Assembly (NCBI GenBank): GCA_012295275.1
Contig: CM022678.1
Location: 13,144,001-13,208,000, forward strand
Direction of reading: 5' to 3'
Length of the DNA stretch: 64,000 nucleotides
Origin: Chrysomallon squamiferum
Lineage: Eukaryota; Animalia; Mollusca
The position numbers and the translations under genes were made by a program. A model generated the notes under the pieces. The model was not told the DNA's origin, made no database searches, and worked only from the letters and a program-made list of their open reading frames with translations. Position 1 is the stretch's first letter. Every line of letters begins with the position of its first letter. Below, piece by piece: positions 57,001 through 64,000 of the stretch.

Positions 57001-60000
57001 ACTGCAACCACACCAGTTATTACTAATACGTTACTATTTCTGTTGATACTCCCACTGCAACCACACCAGTTATTACTAATACGTTACTATTTCTGTTGAT
57101 ACTCCCACTGCAACCACACCAGTTATTACTAATACGTTACTATTTTGTTGATACTCCCACTGCAACCACACCAGTTATTACTAATACGTTACTATTTTGT
57201 TGATACTGCCACTGCAACCACACCAGTTATTACTAATACGTTACGTTACTTTTTGTTGATACTCCCACTGCAACCACACCAGTTATTACTAATACGTTAC
57301 TATTTTGTTGATACTGCCACTGCAACCACACCAGTTATTACTAATACGTTACTATTTCTGTTGATACTCCCACTGCAACCACACCAGTTATTACTAATAC
57401 GTTACTATTTGTTAATACTGCCACTGCAACCACACCAGTTATTACTAATACGTTACTATTTCTGTTGATACTCCCACTGCAACCACACCAGTTATTACTA
57501 ATACGTTACTATTTTTGTTAATACTGCCACTGCAACCACACCAGTTATTACTAATACGTTACTATTTGTTAATACTCCCACTGCAACCACACCAGTTATT
57601 ACTAATACGTTACTATTTCTGTTGATACTCCCACTGCAACCACACCAGTTATTACTAATACGTTACTATTTTGTTGATACTCCCACTGCAACCACACCAG
57701 TTATTACTAATACGTTACTATTTTGTTGATACTCCCACTGCAACCACACCAGTTATAACTAATACGTTACTATTTCTGTTGATACTCCCACTGCAACCAC
57801 ACCAGTTATTACTAATACGTTACTATTTGTTAATACTCCCACTGCAACCACACCAGTTATTACTAATACGTTACTATTTCTGTTGATACTCCCACTGCAA
57901 CCACACCAGTTATTACTAATACGTTACTATTTCTGTTGATACTCCCACTGCAACCACACCAGTTATTACTAATACGTTACTATTTCTGTTGATACTCCCA
58001 CTGCAACCACACCAGTTATTACTAATACGTTACTATTTGTTAATACTCCCACTGCAAAACCACACCAGTTATACCATACGTTACTAATACGTTACTATTT
58101 CTGTTGATACTCCCACTGCAACCACACCAGTTATTACTAATACGTTACTATTTCTGTTGATACTCCCACTGCAACCACACCAGTTATTACTAATACGTTA
58201 CTATTTGTTAATACTCCCACTGCAACCACACCAGTTATTACTAATACGTTACTATTTCTGTTGATACTCCCACTGCAACCACACCAGTTATTACTAATAC
58301 GTTACTATTTGTTAATACTGCCACTGCAACCACACCAGTTATTACTAATACGTTACTATTTCTGTTGATACTCCCACTGCAACCACACCAGTTATTACTA
58401 ATACGTTACTAATACGTTACTATTTGTTAATACTGCCACTGCAACCACACCAGTTATTACTAATACGTTACTATTTCTGTTGATACTCCCACTGCAACCA
58501 CACCAGTTATTACTAATACGTTACTATTTCTGTTGATACTCCCACTGCAACCACACCAGTTATTACTAATACGTTACTATTTCTGTTGATACTCCCACTG
58601 CAACCACACCAGTTATTACTAATACGTTACTATTTGTTAATACTCCCACTGCAACCACACCAGTTATTACTAATACGTTACTATTTCTGTTGATACTCCC
58701 ACTGCAACCACACCAGTTATTACTAATACGTTACTAATACGTTGCTATTTCTGTTGATACTCCCACTGCAACCACACCAGTTATTACTAATACGTTACTA
58801 TTTGTTGATACTGCCACTGCAACCACACCAGTTATTACTAATACGTTACTATTTCTGTTGATACTCCCACTGCAACCACACCAGTTATTACTAATACGTT
58901 ACTATTTTTGTTCATACTGCCACTGAAACCACACCAGTTATTACTAATACGTTACTATTTGTTAATACTCCCACTGCAACCACACCAGTTATTACTAATA
59001 CGTTACTATTTTTGTTAATACTCCCACTGCAACCACACCAGTTATTACTAATACGTTACTATTTGTTAATACTGCCACTGCAACCACACCAGTTATTACT
59101 AATACGTTACTATTTTGTTGATACTCCCACTGCAACCACACCAGTTATTACTAATACGTTACTATTTCTGTTGATACTCCCACTGCAACCACACCAGTTA
59201 TTACTAATACGTTACTATTTTGTTGATACTGCCACTGCAACCACACCAGTTATTACTAATACGTTACTATTTTTGTTACGTTATATACCACTGCACTGCA
59301 ACCACACCAGTTATTATTACTAATACGTTACTATTTTGTTAATACTGCCACTGCAACCACACCAGTTATTACTAATACGTTACTATTTCTGTTATTACTG
59401 CCACTGCAACCACACCAGTATACTACCACTGCAACCACACCAGTTATTACTAATACGTTACTATTTGTTAATACTCCCACTGCAACCACACCAGATAACT
59501 AATACGTTACTATTTCTGTTGATACTCCCACTGCAACCACACCAGTTATTACTAATACGTTACTATTTCTGTTGATACTCCCACTGCAACCACACCAGTT
59601 ATTACTAATACGTTACTATTTTGTTAATACTCCCACTGCAACCACACCAGTTATTACTAATACGTTACTATTTCTGTTCATACTGCCACTGCAACCACAC
59701 CAGTTATTACTAATACGTTACTATTTGTTAATACTCCCACTGCAACCACACCAGTTATTACTAATACGTTACTATTTCTGTTGATACTCCCACTGCAACC
59801 ACACCAGTTATTACTAATACGTTACTATTTGTTAATACTGCCACTGCAACCACACCAGTTATTACTAATACGTTACTATTTCTGTTGATACTCCCACTGC
59901 AACCACACCAGTTATTACTAATACGTTACTATTTTGTTGATACTACCCCACTGCAACCACACCAGTTATTACTAATACGTTACTATTTGTTAATACTCCC

Positions 60001-63000
60001 ACTGCAACCACACCAGTTATTACTAATACGTTACTATTTCTGTTGATACTCCCACTGCAACCACACCAGTTATTACTAATACGTTACTATTTCTGTTGAT
60101 ACTCCCACTGCAACCACACCAGTTATTACTAATACGTTACTATTTCTGTTGATACTCCCACTGCAACCACACCAGTTATTACTAATACGTTACTATTTGT
60201 TAATACTCCCACTGCAACCACACCAGTTATTACTAATACGTTACTATTTCTGTTGATACTCCCACTGCAACCACACCAGATAACTAATACGTTACTATTT
60301 CTGTTACGTTACCTATAATACGTTACTATTTTGTTAATACTCCCACTGCAACCACACACCAGTTATTACTAATACGTTACTATTTCTGTTCATACTGCCA
60401 CTGCAACCACACCAGTTATTACTAATACGTTACTATTTCTGTTGATACTCCCACTGCAACCACACCAGTTATTACTAATACGTTACTATTTTGTTAATAC
60501 TGCCACTGCAACCACACCAGTTATTACTAATACGTTACTATTTCTGTTGATACTCCCACTGCAAACCACACCAGTTATTACTAATACGTTACTAATACGT
60601 TGCTATTTCTGCTGATACTCCCACTGCAACCACACCAGTTATTACTAATACGTTACTATTTGTTGATACTGCCACTGCAACCACACCAGTTATTACTAAT
60701 ACGTTACTATTTCTGTTGATACTCCCACTGCAACCACACCAGTTATTACTAATACGTTACTATTTCTGTTGATACTCCCACTGCAACCACACCAGTTATT
60801 ACTAATACGTTACTATTTGTTAATACTGCCACTGCAACCACACCAGTTATTACTAATACGTTACTATTTCTGTTGATACTCCCACTGCAACCACACCAGT
60901 TATTACTAATACGTTACTATTTGTTAATACTCCCACTGCAACCACACCAGATAACTAATACGTTACTATTTCTGTTGATACTCCACTGCAACCACACCAG
61001 TTATTACTAATACGTTACTATTTTTGTTGATACTGCCACTGCAACCACACCAGTTATTACTAATACGTTACTATTTTGTTGATATTTTCCCACTGCCACT
61101 GCAACCACACCAGTTATTACTAATACGTTACTATTTCTGTTGATACTCCCACTGCAACCACACCAGTTATTACTAATACGTTACTATTTGTTAATACTGC
61201 CACTGCAACCACACCAGTTATTACTAATACGTTACTATTTCTGTTGATACTCCCACTGCAACCACACCAGTTATTACTAATACGTTACTATTTCTGTTGA
61301 TACTGCCACTGCAACCACACCAGTTATTACTAATACGTTACTATTTCTGTTGATACTCCCACTGCAACCACACCAGTTATTACTAATACGTTACTATTTC
61401 TGTTGATACTCCCACTGCAACCACACCAGTTATTACTAATACGTTACTATTTGTTAATACTGCCACTGCAACCACACCAGTTATTACTAATACGTTACTA
61501 TTTTGTTAATACTGCCACTGCAACCACACCAGTTATTACTAATACGTTACTATTTGTTNNNNNNNNNNNNNNNNNNNNNNNNNNNNNNNNNNNNNNNNNN
61601 NNNNNNNNNNNNNNNNNNNNNNNNNNNNNNNNNNNNNNNNNNNNNNNNNNNNNNNNNNNNNNNNNNNNNNNNNNNNNNNNNNNNNNNNNNNNNNNNNNNN
61701 NNNNNNNNNNNNNNNNNNNNNNNNNNNNNNNNNNNNNNNNNNNNNNNNNNNNNNNNNNATACTGCCACTGCAACCACACCAGTTATTACTAATACGTTAC
61801 TATTTTTGTTCATACTCCCACTGCAACCACACCAGTTATTACTAATACGTTACTATTTCTGTTGATACTCCCACTGCAACCACACCAGTTATTACTAATA
61901 CGTTACTATTTGTTGATACTCCCACTGCAACCACACCAGTTATTACTAATACGTTACTATTTGTTGATACTCCCACTGCAACCACACCAGTTATTACTAA
62001 TACGTTACTATTTCTGTTGATACTCCCACTGCAACCACACCAGTTATTACTAATACGTTACTATTTTGTTGATACTGCCACTGCAACCACACCAGTTATT
62101 ACTAATACGTTACTATTTCTGTTGATACTCCCACTGCAACCACACCAGTTATTACTAATACGTTACTATTTGTTAATACTCCCACTGCAACCACACCAGT
62201 TATTACTAATACGTTACTATTTCTGTTGATACTCCCACTGCAACCACACCAGTTATTACTAATACGTTACTATTTCTGTTGAAACTCCCACTGCAACCAC
62301 ACCAGTTATTACTAATACGTTACTATTTTGTTGATACTGCCACTGCAACCACACCAGTTATTACTAATACGTTACTATTTTTGTTGATACCACACCCACT
62401 GCAAACCACACCAGTTATTACTAATACGTTACTATTTTGTTAATACTATTTCCCACTGCAAACCACACCAGTTATTACTAATACGTTACTATTTTGTTGA
62501 TACTCCCACTGCAAACCACACCAGTTATTACTAATACGTTACTATTTTGTTGATACTCCCACTGCAACCACACCAGTTATTACTAATACGTTACTATTTT
62601 GTTCATACTGCCACTGCAAACCACACCAGTTATTACTAATACGTTACTATTTTTGTTGATACTCCCACTGCAACCACACCAGTTATTACTAATACGTTAC
62701 TATTTTGTTGATACTCCCACTGCAACCACACCAGTTATTACTAATACGTTACTATTTTGTTCATACTGCCACTGCAACCACACCAGTTATTACTAATACG
62801 TTACTATTTCTGTTGATACTCCCACTGCAACCACACCAGTTATTACTAATACGTTACTATTTCTGTTGATACTCCCACTGCAACCACACCAGTTATTACT
62901 AATACGTTACTATTTCTGTTGATACTCCCACTGCAACCACACCAGTTATTACTAATACGTTACTATTTTTGTTGATACTCCCACTGCAACCACACCAGTT

Positions 63001-64000
63001 ATTACTAATACGTTACTATTTGTTAATACTGCCACTGCAACCACACCAGTTATTACTAATACGTTACTATTTTGTTGATACTCCCACTGCAACCACACCA
63101 GTTATTACTAATACGTTACTATTTTGTTGATACTGCCACTGCAACCACACCAGTTATTACTAATACGTTACTATTTCTGTTGAAACTCCCACTGCAACCA
63201 CACCAGTTATTACTAATACGTTACTATTTCTGTTGATACTCCCACTGCAACCACACCAGTTATTACTAATACGTTACTTTTTTGTTCATACTGCCACTGC
63301 AACCACACCAGTTATTACTAATACGTTACTATTTCTGTTGATACTCCCACTGCAACCACACCACCACACCAGTTATTACTAATACGTTACTATTTTGTTG
63401 ATACTCCCACTGCAACCACACCAGTTATTACTAATACGTTACTATTTTGTTGATACTCCCACTGCAACCACACCAGTTATTACTAATACGTTACTATTTC
63501 TGTTGATACTCCCACTGCAACCACACCAGTTATTACTAATACGTTACTATTTCTGTTGATACTCCCACTGCAACCACACCAGTTATTACTAATACGTTAC
63601 TATTTCTGTTGATACTCCCACTGCAACCACACCAGTTATTACTAATACGTTACTATTTTGTTGATACTGCCACTGCAAACCACACCAGTTATTACTAATA
63701 CGTTACTATTTTGTTGATACTCCCACTGCAACCACACCAGTTATTACTAATACGTTACTATTTTGTTGATAACTCCCACTGCAACCACACCAGTTATTAC
63801 TAATACGTTACTATTTTGTTGATACTGCCACTGCAAACCACACCAGTTATTACTAATACGTTACTATTTTTGTTGATACTCCCACTGCAAACCACACCAG
63901 TTATTACTAATACGTTACTATTTTGTTGATACTCCCACTGCAACCACACCAGTTATTTACGTTACTAATACGTTACTATTTGTTTCTGTTGATACTCCCA
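54046..64000 (+). repeat. Satellite array, 51-53 bp unit TTGATACTCCCACTGCAACCACACCAGTTATTACTAATACGTTACTATTTCTG, roughly 185 copies, continuing beyond the window
   Basis: Head-to-tail homogeneous tandem copies without spacers, same orientation on both sides of an internal gap. Confidence 0.98.
61559..61758. other. Assembly gap (200 N) inside the satellite
   Basis: Run of exactly 200 N. Confidence 0.99.

Noticed and set aside
54046-64000. CRISPR array or repetitive protein gene (TATTPVITNT / LILPLQPHQLLLIRYY)
   Set aside because: No unique spacers and no cas genes; mixed 51/52/53-bp units shift the frame constantly.

Overview
Animal nuclear DNA from a draft assembly, with two 200-N gaps (10417-10616 and 61559-61758). 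It is AT-rich and dense in micro- and minisatellites, resembling SSR-rich invertebrates such as coleoid cephalopods or decapods; the species cannot be determined from the sequence. No intact protein-coding gene, RNA gene or CRISPR array can be supported, and the long ORFs are translations of simple repeats. Main structures: (1) a ~10 kb near-identical duplication (1-10416 vs 18501-~28767) ending at a gap, probably an uncollapsed haplotype; (2) a >9.9 kb 51-53 bp satellite from ~54046 to the window end, preceded by a near-consensus CTCF motif; (3) many minisatellites; (4) several fold-back structures, including an interleaved A-B-A'-B' inverted duplication at 4718-5127; (5) a possible decayed LINE endonuclease fragment at ~12.4-12.8 kb; (6) short unique CpG-rich islands with good transcription-factor motif matches (perfect DR5+IR1 and DR1 nuclear-receptor elements, a triple TALE DECA + CCAAT module, YY1+RFX, ETS-CRE). 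The window reads best as a large intron or gene-desert regulatory landscape. I did not find a demonstrably new biological system; the findings are testable candidates read by eye.
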